From Candidatus Latescibacterota bacterium (GTDB lineage Bacteria > Latescibacterota > UBA2968 > UBA8231), in contig CBDCSU010000006.1 of NCBI GenBank assembly GCA_965221775.1, positions 1,728,001 through 1,792,000 of the forward strand: 64,000 nucleotides of DNA, given 5' to 3'. A program made the position numbers and the translations under genes. This document shows, piece after piece, positions 18,591-28,222 of this stretch. Below the pieces are notes generated by a model. The model saw only the letters and a program-made list of their open reading frames with translations, had not been told where the DNA came from and made no database searches. Each line of letters begins with the position of its first letter. Within the stretch, counting starts at the first letter, position 1.

Positions 18591-19363
18591 CTCACAGCCG
18601 GAAGAGCCGCGGCGACAGCTATGTCGCCGGCGGGGCCGCTCTCAACGAGGTGATCGAGGCGCCCCGCCTGTCCGACGACCTCGACCTGTTTCACGACAGT
18701 GACGAGGCACTGCTTGTCACTTGGGACAGGGACCGGCGCCTTCTGCAGGATGAAGGGTTCCATCTGGAGATCCTGCGCGACCGGCCGGCCTTCATCGAGG
18801 CCGTCGTGGGCAGCGGCGAGGCCCGCCTGCGCCTGCAGTGGGCGCGCGACAGCGCCTACCGGTTCTTTCCCCTCGTCGAGCATGAAGACTTCGGCCTGAC
18901 CCTCCACCCGTACGACCTGGCCACCAACAAGGTCCTGGCCATGGTCGGGAGACTCGAGGCGCGCGACTGGGTCGACGTCATCTCCGCCCACGAGCGCGTG
19001 CAGCACCTCGGACTCCTGCTTTGGGGCGCCTGCGGCAAGGACCCGGGCTTCGGACCCGGCGCCATTCTGAACCACGCCCGCCGCTCGGCCCGCTACACCG
19101 GGGACGAGCTGTCGGAGTTGTCCTTCGAGGGAGACCCGCCCGACGCGGCGCTGCTGGCCCGCAAGTGGCGCGCCGCGGCCGACGAAGCCGAACTGGTGAT
19201 GGATGCCTTGCCCGCCGAGCGCGCCGGCACGTGCGTGCTCGACCACTGCCTGCGCCTGTTCCGGGGCACGCTGGAGGACCTGCGGAGAGCCGTCGCGGCT
19301 GGTGGCCTGTGCTACCACCGCGGGCGCGTCCAGGGAGCGTATCCGCGTGTCCTTCCGGAGTAG
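18548..19363 (+). CDS. Nucleotidyltransferase AbiEii/AbiGii-like toxin family
   Basis: YVAGGAAL..RLSDDLDLF, DLATNKVLA..R.E.RDWVD. Confidence 0.8.
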   Translation: MALTGFQRRVCRLLAHSRKSRGDSYVAGGAALNEVIEAPRLSDDLDLFHDSDEALLVTWDRDRRLLQDEGFHLEILRDRPAFIEAVVGSGEARLRLQWARDSAYRFFPLVEHEDFGLTLHPYDLATNKVLAMVGRLEARDWVDVISAHERVQHLGLLLWGACGKDPGFGPGAILNHARRSARYTGDELSELSFEGDPPDAALLARKWRAAADEAELVMDALPAERAGTCVLDHCLRLFRGTLEDLRRAVAAGGLCYHRGRVQGAYPRVLPE

Positions 19364-19546
19364 ACTCGCCACGCCTCAGGGTCCGGGGGACCCGGGCCAG
19401 GACGCTCCGCACGAGGCCGCCGATGCGGCGCCGGGTCCTCTTTCACGTCCCTAAATCCATTATTAGTTTACGGATACGCAAGAGAGCCACGCCGGAGTTC
19501 CCCGACCCGGCGCTCTTTCCCAAACCCCGCCGGCTTTCCCCTCCCC

Positions 19547-21289
19547 ATGTCGCGCAACCTCATCGCCCTGCAGAACAAGTTTCTCGGTGAGGGCCGGACC
19601 GTCTACGACGAGCTGGCCCGGATCCACGAGAGCCAGGGGGCGGTCACCGACGACGACATCCTGCGGCTGGCCCGGGACCACAACCTGCCGCCGTCCCACG
19701 TGCGCGCCACGGCCAAGTTCTACGACGAGCTCGGCCAGGACCGGCCGGCCGAGCATTCCCTGAAGATCTGTATCGGCGAAGCCTGCCGCGCCGCCGGCTG
19801 CGACGCCCTCCTCTCCCGCTGCGAGGACGCACTCGGCGTAGAGGCCGGAGAGGTTTCACCCGAGGGGGCCCGCCTCGAGCACGTGGCCTGTCTCGGCTAC
19901 TGCGGACTGGGGCCCAACGCCATGGTCGATGGCGAGCCCCTTTCTCTCGCTGGCAACGGTTCCGTGGAAGATGTCCTCGACCACGTCCGCGGCGCCGGGG
20001 TGCACCGCCTCCAGGAACCGGTCAACACCATCTACGCGCCCGCCGCGGGCGAGCCCTGCGTGCTGTTGCGCCACGCCGGGCACGAGGTCCTCGGCCTGGA
20101 GCAGGCGAAGGCCCGCGGCATCTACTCGGGACTGGAGAAGGCCCTCGCCTCCATGACGCCCCAACAGGTGATCGACGAGGTCAAGGCCAGCCAGTTGAGG
20201 GGGCGCGGCGGCGCCGGGTTCCCGGCCGGGGTCAAGCTGCAGACGGTGGCCGACAGCGAAGCCCCGGACGGCTCGGGGCGCCGCTTCGTGGTCGTCAACT
20301 TCGACGAGGGCGACGCCGGGGCCTACATCGACAAGGAGCTGATCGAGCGCGACCCACATACCCAGATCGAGGGTGTGCTGCTGGCCGCCTACGCCACCGG
20401 CGCCCAACACGCCTGGATCTACGCTCGTTTCGAGTACCCCCGGGCGCGGGCCATCCTCGAGGGGGCCGTCGCCGAGGCCCGCGCCGCCGGTCTCCTGGAC
20501 AGTTGCGAGATCACCGTGGTGCGAGGCCAGGGGGCCTACATCTGCGGCGAGGAGACGAGCCTCCTGCGCTCGCTGGAGGGCCTGCCGGCGCTGGTCGGCA
20601 CGCGGCCGCCCTTCCCGGCCCAGGAGGGCCTCTGGCGCTGCCCGACGGCGGTCAACAACGTGGAGACGATCCACAACCTCCCCTGGATCGTCGAGCACGG
20701 CGGCGCGGCCTACGCGGCCCTCGGCAGCGAGAGCTCGCGCGGAACCAAGCTCCTGAGCCTCAACTCCCGCGTGCAGCGGCCCGGGCTCTACGAGGTCGAG
20801 CTGGGCACCACCCTGCGCGAGGTCATCTTCGACAAGGCCGGGGGCATGGCCGGCGGGCAGGTATTCAAGGCCGTGCAGGTGGGCGGCCCCCTCGGCGGCC
20901 TGCTGCCGGAGCCGCTCCTCGACACGCCCCTGGAGTTCGAGGCCATGGCCGCCGCCGGCGCCCTGCTGGGCCACGGCGGCATCGTCGTCTACTCGCAGGA
21001 GGACGACCTCGTGAAGATCGGCCGCGGCCTGTTCCACTTCTGCGCCGTGGAGAGCTGCGGCAAGTGCTTTCCCTGCCGCATCGGCGCCGTGCGCGGCACC
21101 GAGCTGTTCGACCAGATGATGGCGGACGGCGTCACCGACCGGCGGCTCGAGCTGCTCGGCGACCTCTGCGAGACCATGAAGTACGGCAGCCTGTGCGCCA
21201 TGGGAGGCCTGACGCCGGCGCCGATCGAGTCCCTCGTGGAGCACTTCCCCGCGGAGCTGAACCGCTACCGCCGCGAGCCGGCGGGCTGA
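19547..21289 (+). CDS. NAD-dependent formate dehydrogenase diaphorase subunit, NuoE-NuoF (FdsG-FdsB) fusion
   Basis: CIGEAC..CLGYC [2Fe-2S] ligands; LRGRGGAGFP, GAYICGEET, ESCGKCFPCR..SLC. Confidence 0.9.
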   Translation: MSRNLIALQNKFLGEGRTVYDELARIHESQGAVTDDDILRLARDHNLPPSHVRATAKFYDELGQDRPAEHSLKICIGEACRAAGCDALLSRCEDALGVEAGEVSPEGARLEHVACLGYCGLGPNAMVDGEPLSLAGNGSVEDVLDHVRGAGVHRLQEPVNTIYAPAAGEPCVLLRHAGHEVLGLEQAKARGIYSGLEKALASMTPQQVIDEVKASQLRGRGGAGFPAGVKLQTVADSEAPDGSGRRFVVVNFDEGDAGAYIDKELIERDPHTQIEGVLLAAYATGAQHAWIYARFEYPRARAILEGAVAEARAAGLLDSCEITVVRGQGAYICGEETSLLRSLEGLPALVGTRPPFPAQEGLWRCPTAVNNVETIHNLPWIVEHGGAAYAALGSESSRGTKLLSLNSRVQRPGLYEVELGTTLREVIFDKAGGMAGGQVFKAVQVGGPLGGLLPEPLLDTPLEFEAMAAAGALLGHGGIVVYSQEDDLVKIGRGLFHFCAVESCGKCFPCRIGAVRGTELFDQMMADGVTDRRLELLGDLCETMKYGSLCAMGGLTPAPIESLVEHFPAELNRYRREPAG

Positions 21290-21308
21290 CAGCAGAGGCA
21301 GACAAGCC

Positions 21309-24164
21309 ATGTCGACAGTTGTGCTGGAGCAGGACACGAGGAGCGCCGTCGAGGTCGGCCAGGCGATCCCGGCGGAGCGGGCCAAGGCGGTGGAGCCGAG
21401 GCCGGCGCAGCTCTCCGTCACCATCGACGGACAGCCGCTGCGCGTCGACGAGGGCAGTACCGTCCTCGAGGCGATCCAGGCCCTGGGCAAGTCGGTCCCC
21501 ACCCTGTGCTACTCCGACCGCATGAAGCCGTACGGCGCCTGCCGCACCTGCCTCGTGGAGCACGAGGGCCGCAAGCCCGTGGCCGCCTGCCACACGCCGG
21601 TCGCCGACGGCGCCCGCTACCGGACCTCCTCGCCGCTGATCACCCGTCTGCGCCGCAACATCACCGAGCTCATCGTCTCCGACCACCCCTTGGAGTGCCT
21701 CGACTGCACGGCCAACGGCCGCTGCGAGCTTCAGAGCCTGGCGCAGCAGGTCGGCCTGCGCACGCCGCGCTACGAGAGCCCCCGCACTCACGACCCGGAG
21801 CCGGACGACTCCCACCCCTTCATCAAGCTCGAGATGGACAAGTGCATCGGCTGCGCCCGGTGCGTGCGCGCCTGCGACGAGGTGCAGGGCTCCTTCATCC
21901 TGCAGATGTCCGGCCGGGGCTACGACACCAAGGTGATCGCCGGCAACGACACCGGCTTCGAGGAGGCCGACTGCGTCAGCTGCGGCCAGTGCGTCTTCGA
22001 GTGTCCCGTGGCCGCCCTCGAGGAGCCGGGCACCCGCGGCTTCGGCCTGCCCGACGAGACGACGACCACCACCTGCTCCTACTGCGGCGTCGGCTGCGCC
22101 CTGGACGTGCACACCAAGGACGGCCAGGTGGTCAACATCACGCCCTCGAAATCGGGATCGGCCAACCTCGGCCACACCTGCGTGAAGGGCCGCTTCGCCC
22201 ACCAGTTCGCCCACTCCGACGACCGCCTGCGCACGCCCCTGATCCGGGAGAACGGCAACTTCCGGGAAGCCGGCTGGGAGGAGGCCCTCGACCTGGTCGC
22301 TTCCAGGCTCGGCGGCATCGCCCGCGAGCACGGCCCCGACGCGGTGGCCCTCATCTCCTCGTCGCGCTGCACCAACGAGGAAAACTACCTGATGCAGAAG
22401 CTGGCCCGCGTCGGGTTGGGGACCAACTCCATCGACAACTGCTCCCGCGTCTGCCACTCGCCGTCGTCCTATGCCCTCGGCCAGGCCCTCGGCACCGGCG
22501 CCGGCACCAACAGCTTCCAGGACGTGGCCGACTCCGACGTGCTGGTCATCGTCGGCGCCAACCCGACCGAGGCGCACCCGGTCTTCGGCGCCCGCATCAA
22601 GCAGGCCGTCCTCGCCGGCTGCAGGCTCATCGTCCTCGATCCCCGCAACACCGAGATCGCGCGCCTAGCCGACCTGCACCTGCCGGTGCGCCCGGGATCG
22701 AACGTGGCCGTCATCAACGCCTTGCAGCACGTCCTGATCGAGGAGGACCTCACCGACCCCGACTTCATCGGCCGCTGCGCCGAGGGGCTCGAGGATGTGC
22801 GGTCCACGGTGGCCGAATGCACCCCCGAGTGGGCGGCGGAGATCGCCGCCATCGACCCGGACCTGATCCGCCGGGCGGCCCGTCTCTACGCCTCGGGCCA
22901 GGCCTCGCAGATCCTGTGGGGGCTGGGGGTCACCGAGGCGGGGCACGGCTCCAACGCCGTCTTCGGCATGATCAACATGGCGGTCATGACCGGCAACATC
23001 GGCCGCCCGGGCACCGGCGCCTGCCCGATCCGAGGGCAGAACAACGTGCAGGGGGCCTCGGACTCCGGCGCCTTGCCGAATGTGTTCTCGGATTACCGCC
23101 CCGTCACTGATCCCGTGGCGCGTGCCGAGCACGCCGAGACCTGGGGAGTGGAGCCGCCCGACAACGCCGGCCTGCGCATACCCGACATGTTCGACGCCGC
23201 CCACGCGGGCACCCTCAAGGCGATGTACATCCTGGCCGAAGACGTGGCCCAGTCCGACCCCGACACGAACCACGTGGTCGGCGCCATGGAGAGTCTCGAC
23301 TTCCTGGTGGTGCAGGAGATCTTCATGACCCCCACCGCCGAGCTGGCCGACGTGGTGCTGCCGGGCACGACCTTCCTCGAGAAATCGGGCACCTTCGTCA
23401 ACTCCGACCGCCGCATCCAGCGCGTCCGCCCCGCCATCGAGCCCCTGCAGGGGGCGCGCGTCGACGGCGAGGTCGTCCACGAAATCGCCCGGCGCATGGG
23501 GACCGACCTCGGCTTCGCCGACGGCGATGGCGGCGTCGATCCATCCAAGGTGATGGACGAGCTGGCCAGCCTGAGCCCGATGTGGCGGGGCGTCAGCTAC
23601 GACCGGCTGGAGGAGAAGGGATTCCTGCAGTGGCCCTGCGTCGACGCCGACGACCCGGGCAGCGACATCGTCCATCGAGACGGCGCCTTCCTGCGCGGGA
23701 AGGCGCGGCTCACGGCCACGCCCTGGCAGCCGCCGGCCGAGTTGCCCGACGACGAATACCCGTGGATGCTGACCACGGGGCGCCAGCTCTTCCACTACAA
23801 CGTGGGGACGATGACGCGCCGCACCGACCTGTCGAAGCTGAACAAGGCCGCCGAGGAGACCCTGCGCATCCACCCCGGCGACGCCCGGCGGGTCGGTTTG
23901 CGCAACGGCGATCTGGTGGAGGTGGAGTCGCGCCGCGGGGCGGTGACCGTGCGCGCCGAGGTCACCCGGGCCTCGAACAGGGGAACGGTCTTCATGACCT
24001 TCCACTTCCCCGAGTCGAGGACCAACCTCCTCACCGGCGACGGCAAGGACGAGTTCACGGGCTGCCCGGAGTACAAGGTCTGCGCCGTGCGGCTGAAGAA
24101 GGTGGCCGGCGAAGGGCCCGTCGCGACGAACGGACGCAACGGCGAGCCGGCCGCCGCCGGCTGA
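21309..24164 (+). CDS. fdhF: Formate dehydrogenase alpha subunit (Mo/W-bisPGD, Cys-type)
   Basis: N-terminal Fe-S motifs, CSYCGVGC, CVKG, CSRVCH active site, RGQNNVQG, PEYKVCAV. Confidence 0.93.
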   Translation: MSTVVLEQDTRSAVEVGQAIPAERAKAVEPRPAQLSVTIDGQPLRVDEGSTVLEAIQALGKSVPTLCYSDRMKPYGACRTCLVEHEGRKPVAACHTPVADGARYRTSSPLITRLRRNITELIVSDHPLECLDCTANGRCELQSLAQQVGLRTPRYESPRTHDPEPDDSHPFIKLEMDKCIGCARCVRACDEVQGSFILQMSGRGYDTKVIAGNDTGFEEADCVSCGQCVFECPVAALEEPGTRGFGLPDETTTTTCSYCGVGCALDVHTKDGQVVNITPSKSGSANLGHTCVKGRFAHQFAHSDDRLRTPLIRENGNFREAGWEEALDLVASRLGGIAREHGPDAVALISSSRCTNEENYLMQKLARVGLGTNSIDNCSRVCHSPSSYALGQALGTGAGTNSFQDVADSDVLVIVGANPTEAHPVFGARIKQAVLAGCRLIVLDPRNTEIARLADLHLPVRPGSNVAVINALQHVLIEEDLTDPDFIGRCAEGLEDVRSTVAECTPEWAAEIAAIDPDLIRRAARLYASGQASQILWGLGVTEAGHGSNAVFGMINMAVMTGNIGRPGTGACPIRGQNNVQGASDSGALPNVFSDYRPVTDPVARAEHAETWGVEPPDNAGLRIPDMFDAAHAGTLKAMYILAEDVAQSDPDTNHVVGAMESLDFLVVQEIFMTPTAELADVVLPGTTFLEKSGTFVNSDRRIQRVRPAIEPLQGARVDGEVVHEIARRMGTDLGFADGDGGVDPSKVMDELASLSPMWRGVSYDRLEEKGFLQWPCVDADDPGSDIVHRDGAFLRGKARLTATPWQPPAELPDDEYPWMLTTGRQLFHYNVGTMTRRTDLSKLNKAAEETLRIHPGDARRVGLRNGDLVEVESRRGAVTVRAEVTRASNRGTVFMTFHFPESRTNLLTGDGKDEFTGCPEYKVCAVRLKKVAGEGPVATNGRNGEPAAAG

Positions 24165-24179
24165 CGCCTCAGCCGGCGC

Positions 24180-26162
24180 TCACCTCACCAAGACCATCTT
24201 CCTCACCTGCGAGACCTGTCCCTCCGCCTCCAGGCGGCACAGGTACACCCCCGAAGCCCGCCCGAAAGCGTCCCACCGGAGGGAGTGGCTGCCGGCGCCC
24301 CGGCGCTCATTCAGCAGGACCTCGGCGAGCTGCCCGTTGAGGGCGTGGACCGACAGGGTCACGTGCCGCGGTTCCGCGAGGGTGAAGCGGATGGTGGCCG
24401 CCGGGTTGAACGGATTGGGGTAGACCTCGTCCAGCGTTGCCCGCGCGGGTGCCGCCCCGTGAGCGGCTCCGGGGCCGGCGACCGATGTCGCGAAGCCTTC
24501 CTCCACTCCCTCCACCTCGATGGGCCAGCCCTCGAGTTGCTCGTGCCAGGCAGGGATCGGCAGGTTGCCGTCCTGGTCGCGGGCGTACCCGAAGATCCGC
24601 CAGCTGCCGCCGACGGCCTGCTCCGAGAGCCGGAACCTGGCCCGGAGGCGAACCCGGTGGAGGCCGCGGCCCGACCACTTGCTCGAGGCGCCGTCGACGA
24701 AGGATCCCTCGACTCCGGTGACATCGCTCCAGTCGGGGGAGCCCTCGGTCGCCCGCGAGCCGAGGGAGTCCCTGGTGCCCCGGATGAAGTAGCTCTCGGC
24801 GGCGGAGAAGTCCTGTTGCTGGAGGCGGTCCTCCCGATTCGGGGGCAGGCTCCGGGTGCGGGCGATGTGCACGCCGATCTCGGCGATGTCCCTCCAGCCC
24901 TGGGGATCGACGGCGAAGGCGTGAAGGTCGTACCAGGGGCCGGCCTCGATGCGGCGGACCCGCTCGTCCGAGTCGGGCGGGGTGACGTAGATCTGTCCGA
25001 CAAAGGGTCTGGGGCTTTCGCCGGGGTAGGGGTGCCAGGGCGCGTTGTCCATGGCGCTGTTGTGCTTGAAGAGGCGGCCGTCGACGAAGACGTTGTAAGC
25101 CACGAACCGGGTCTCGCCCTCGTACTCCCAGTCGTAGACCCACAGCAGCCGGCGCCAGGGATCGGTGTCGTTGACGTTGTCGGCGATGTAGATGTCGTGG
25201 AGGATCGCCTGGGGGATGAAGTTGCCGTTGTGCGTGGGCGGGCCGAAGTCGAGCATGCGCGAGTACCCGCCTACCTCGTAGTCGCCGCAGCCGGGGTCGA
25301 TGTAGTTGCCCGTGATCTCGATGCTGCCGCTCTTGAAGCCCATGGGCGTGGTGCGCTCGAAGATGTTGTCGCGCACCACGGCGCGTATCGTGTAGCCGCC
25401 CTGGGGGTGGATGTCGACACACGCCTGCCCCTGCACCAGGTCGTTGTCGTGGAAGTAGTTGTCCTCCACCGTGAAGCGCGTCTCGGGGCTGTTGGAGGCG
25501 ATGCCGTGACGGTTGAGGGTGAACTCGTTGCGGTAGATCGACACCTCGGAACCGCCGGACTCCATGCTCGGCCCGGAGATGGCGACCCCGTAGCCGTAGC
25601 CGTTGCGGTAGTTCTCGTGCAGGTAGCTCCCGGTGACAATGCTCCGGAGCGAGTTCCTGATGTCGACTCCCCTGAGAAAGCGGGTGATCTCGCAGTTGCG
25701 CACCACGAGCCGGTCGTGCCCGAAGACCGAGATTCCCTCGCAGGTCCCCGTCTCGTGGGTGACCACTCCCACGAGCTTCAGGCGCTCGAAGGTCACGCCG
25801 TCGCTCTCCACCTGGAAGAGGCGCAGGTCCGGGTCTTCCGTCAGGCACACGGAGGCCGCGCCGCTCCAGTACGGCGGGTCGTTCGGCTCGCCCGGCTCGA
25901 CCACGCCCACGTCCAGGAGCTCGGCAGCTCCGCGGAGGGTCAGGCTCCGGTCGATGACGACCGTCCCGGTGAAGACGTACTCGCCCGCCGGAAAGAACAG
26001 GGTGTCCCCGGCGGCGGCCGCGTACACGGCCTCCTGGACCGCCTCGCTGGTGAAACCATCGACCTGCAGGCCCGGGGCGGGACCCGCGAGCAGGAGCAGG
26101 AGGGGCAGCACGCGCACCGCCGGAACCCCGGCCTTCGAGTCGATTCTCTCCTTCGGGGTCAT
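24180..26162 (-). CDS. Secreted right-handed beta-helix protein with T9SS/FlgD-Ig-type C-terminal domain (paralog A)
   Basis: SD GAGGAG, signal-peptide-like N-terminus, GDTLFFPAGEY, PbH1 repeats, YPNPFNP..SGVYLCRL..KMVLVR. Confidence 0.82.
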   Translation of the reverse strand: MTPKERIDSKAGVPAVRVLPLLLLLAGPAPGLQVDGFTSEAVQEAVYAAAAGDTLFFPAGEYVFTGTVVIDRSLTLRGAAELLDVGVVEPGEPNDPPYWSGAASVCLTEDPDLRLFQVESDGVTFERLKLVGVVTHETGTCEGISVFGHDRLVVRNCEITRFLRGVDIRNSLRSIVTGSYLHENYRNGYGYGVAISGPSMESGGSEVSIYRNEFTLNRHGIASNSPETRFTVEDNYFHDNDLVQGQACVDIHPQGGYTIRAVVRDNIFERTTPMGFKSGSIEITGNYIDPGCGDYEVGGYSRMLDFGPPTHNGNFIPQAILHDIYIADNVNDTDPWRRLLWVYDWEYEGETRFVAYNVFVDGRLFKHNSAMDNAPWHPYPGESPRPFVGQIYVTPPDSDERVRRIEAGPWYDLHAFAVDPQGWRDIAEIGVHIARTRSLPPNREDRLQQQDFSAAESYFIRGTRDSLGSRATEGSPDWSDVTGVEGSFVDGASSKWSGRGLHRVRLRARFRLSEQAVGGSWRIFGYARDQDGNLPIPAWHEQLEGWPIEVEGVEEGFATSVAGPGAAHGAAPARATLDEVYPNPFNPAATIRFTLAEPRHVTLSVHALNGQLAEVLLNERRGAGSHSLRWDAFGRASGVYLCRLEAEGQVSQVRKMVLVR

Positions 26163-26242
26163 GACTCTCTCTCCTCGCTGAAGGCCCGACAGCCCTTGCG
26201 GCACCTCGGCCCCTGCGTCAACGCGGGGCATGCTGACCGGGC

Positions 26243-28222
26243 TCACCTGACCAGGACCATCCTCCGCACCCGCGAGACTCCGACCTCCGCCTCCAGCCGG
26301 CAGAGGTAGACCCCCGAAGCCCGCCCTGAAGCGTCCCACCTGACGGTGTGGCTCCCGGCACTCCTGGGCCCACTGAGCACGGTCTCCACAAGTTGGCCGT
26401 TGAGCGCGTGGATGGACAGGGTGACGGGCTGCGGTTCCGGGAGGGTGAAGCGGATGGTGGCCGACGGGTTGAAGGGATTGGGGTAGATCTCGTCCAGCTT
26501 CGCCCCCGCGGGTGCCGCCCCCAGACCGGCACCGGGCCCGGCGACCGACGTCGCGGCCCCTTCCTCCACGCCCTCCACCTCGATGGGCCAGCCCTCCAGC
26601 TGCTCGTGCCATGGCGGGACCGGCAGATGGCCGTCCTGGTCGCGGGCGTAGCCGAAGATCCGCCAGCTTCCGCCGACGGCCTGGTCCGACAGCCGGAACC
26701 GCGCCCTCAGTCGGACGCGGTGGCGGCCGCGGCCGGACCACTTGCTCGAGGCGCCGTCGACGTAGGATCCCTCGACTCCCGTGACGTCGCTCCAGTCGGG
26801 GGAACCCTCGGTTTCCCGCGAGTGCAGGGAGGTCCCGGTGCCGCGGATGAAGTAGCTCTCCACGGCCGAGAAGTCCTGGTGCCGGAGACGGTCCTCCGGG
26901 TCGGGAGGGAGGCTCCGGACACTTGCGATCTGCACGCCGATCTCGGCGATGTCCTCGTATCCCTGGGGGTCGACGGCGAAGGCGTGCAGGTCGTACCAGG
27001 GGCCGGCATCGATGTTGTGAACGCGTTCCTCGGAGTCGGGAAGGGTGACGTACACATGTCCCACGAAGGGGCTGGCGCTCGAGTCGGGGAAGGGGTGCCA
27101 GGGCGCCGAGGTCAGGGCGCTGTTGTGCCTGAACAGCCGGCCGTCGACGAAGACGTTGTAGGCCACGAACTTCGTCTCCCCCTCGTAGTCCCAGTCGTCG
27201 ACCCAGAGCAGCCGGCGCCAGGGATCGGTGGCGTTCACGTTGTCGGCGATGTAGATGTCGTGGAGGATCGCCTGGGGGATGAACTCCCCGTTGTGGGTTG
27301 GGATGCTGAGATCGACCATGCGGGAGTAACCGCCCACCGAGTAGTCGCCGCAGCCGGGGTCGAAGTAGTTGCCCGTGATCTCCAGGCTGCCGCTCTTGAA
27401 GCCCATGGGCCGGGTACGCTCGAAGATGTTGTCGCGCACGACCGCGCGAATGGTGTGGCCGCCCTGGGCGTGGGTATCGACGCACGCCTGCCACTCCTCC
27501 AGATCGTTGTCGTGGAAGTAGTTGTTCTCCACCGTGAAACGCGTCTCGGGGCTGTTGGAGGCGATGGAGTGGCGGTTGAAGGTGAACTCGTTGCGGTAGA
27601 TGGAGACTTCGGATCCTCCCGTGGCCATCACCGGCCCGGTGATGCTGACCCCGTAGCCGAAGCCGTTGCGGTAGTTCTCGTGCAGGTAGCTGCCGGTGAC
27701 CACGCTCCGGCGGGAGTTCATGAGATCGACCCCCTTGCGAAAACGGGTAATCTCGCAGTTGCGCACCACGAGCCGGTCGTGATCCAGGACGGCGATTCCG
27801 TCTCCACTGCCGGCCTCATGGGTGATCGCTCCCACGAGCTTGAGGTCCTCGAAGGTCACGGCCTCGCTCTCCACCCGGAAGAGCAGGAGATCGGGATCTG
27901 CGGTGATGCACACGGAGGCAGGGCCGGCCCAGTACGGCGGGTCGTTCGGCTCTCCCGGCTCGACCACGCCCACGTCCATGAGCTGCGCCGCTCCGCGAAG
28001 GGTCAGGCTCCGGTCGATGACGACGGTCCCCGTGAAGGCGTACTCCCCCGCCGGGAAGAGCAGCGTGTCCCCATCGGCAGCCGCGAACACGGCCTCCTGA
28101 ACCGCATCGCTGGTGAAGCCGTCGACCTGCAGGCCCGGGGCCGGACCCGCCAACAGGGAAAGGAGAGGCAGTGACCGCATCGCGCCGGCCCACGGCCGCA
28201 TCTTCTGGTTCGCCGTTGTCAT
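26243..28222 (-). CDS. Secreted right-handed beta-helix protein with T9SS/FlgD-Ig-type C-terminal domain (paralog B)
   Basis: Collinear with paralog A over the full length; start MTTANQK overlaps the upstream stop. Confidence 0.82.
   Translation of the reverse strand: MTTANQKMRPWAGAMRSLPLLSLLAGPAPGLQVDGFTSDAVQEAVFAAADGDTLLFPAGEYAFTGTVVIDRSLTLRGAAQLMDVGVVEPGEPNDPPYWAGPASVCITADPDLLLFRVESEAVTFEDLKLVGAITHEAGSGDGIAVLDHDRLVVRNCEITRFRKGVDLMNSRRSVVTGSYLHENYRNGFGYGVSITGPVMATGGSEVSIYRNEFTFNRHSIASNSPETRFTVENNYFHDNDLEEWQACVDTHAQGGHTIRAVVRDNIFERTRPMGFKSGSLEITGNYFDPGCGDYSVGGYSRMVDLSIPTHNGEFIPQAILHDIYIADNVNATDPWRRLLWVDDWDYEGETKFVAYNVFVDGRLFRHNSALTSAPWHPFPDSSASPFVGHVYVTLPDSEERVHNIDAGPWYDLHAFAVDPQGYEDIAEIGVQIASVRSLPPDPEDRLRHQDFSAVESYFIRGTGTSLHSRETEGSPDWSDVTGVEGSYVDGASSKWSGRGRHRVRLRARFRLSDQAVGGSWRIFGYARDQDGHLPVPPWHEQLEGWPIEVEGVEEGAATSVAGPGAGLGAAPAGAKLDEIYPNPFNPSATIRFTLPEPQPVTLSIHALNGQLVETVLSGPRSAGSHTVRWDASGRASGVYLCRLEAEVGVSRVRRMVLVR

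Larger units (their letters stand above)
24180..28222 (-). repeat. Tandem direct duplication of a ~2 kb gene (unit spacing ~2.06 kb)
   Basis: Long identical blocks, e.g. ttgtcggcgatgtagatgtcgtggaggatcgcctgggggatgaa near 25177 and 27240. Confidence 0.92.

Noticed and set aside
19364-19546. Moco/Wco riboswitch upstream of the fdh genes
   Set aside because: I could not match the conserved Moco RNA elements by eye; kept only as an unassigned hairpin
22430-22510. Selenocysteine in FdhF
   Set aside because: The active-site codon is TGC (Cys) and there is no in-frame TGA
24180-27494. 1104-aa ORF suggesting one giant protein
   Set aside because: The N-terminal 444 codons are an off-frame read of paralog B; the real start with SD and signal peptide is at 26162
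24180-28222. Diversity-generating retroelement (TR/VR) explanation for the repeat
   Set aside because: The whole gene is duplicated, the differences I inspected are not adenine-specific and many are synonymous, and no reverse transcriptase is present
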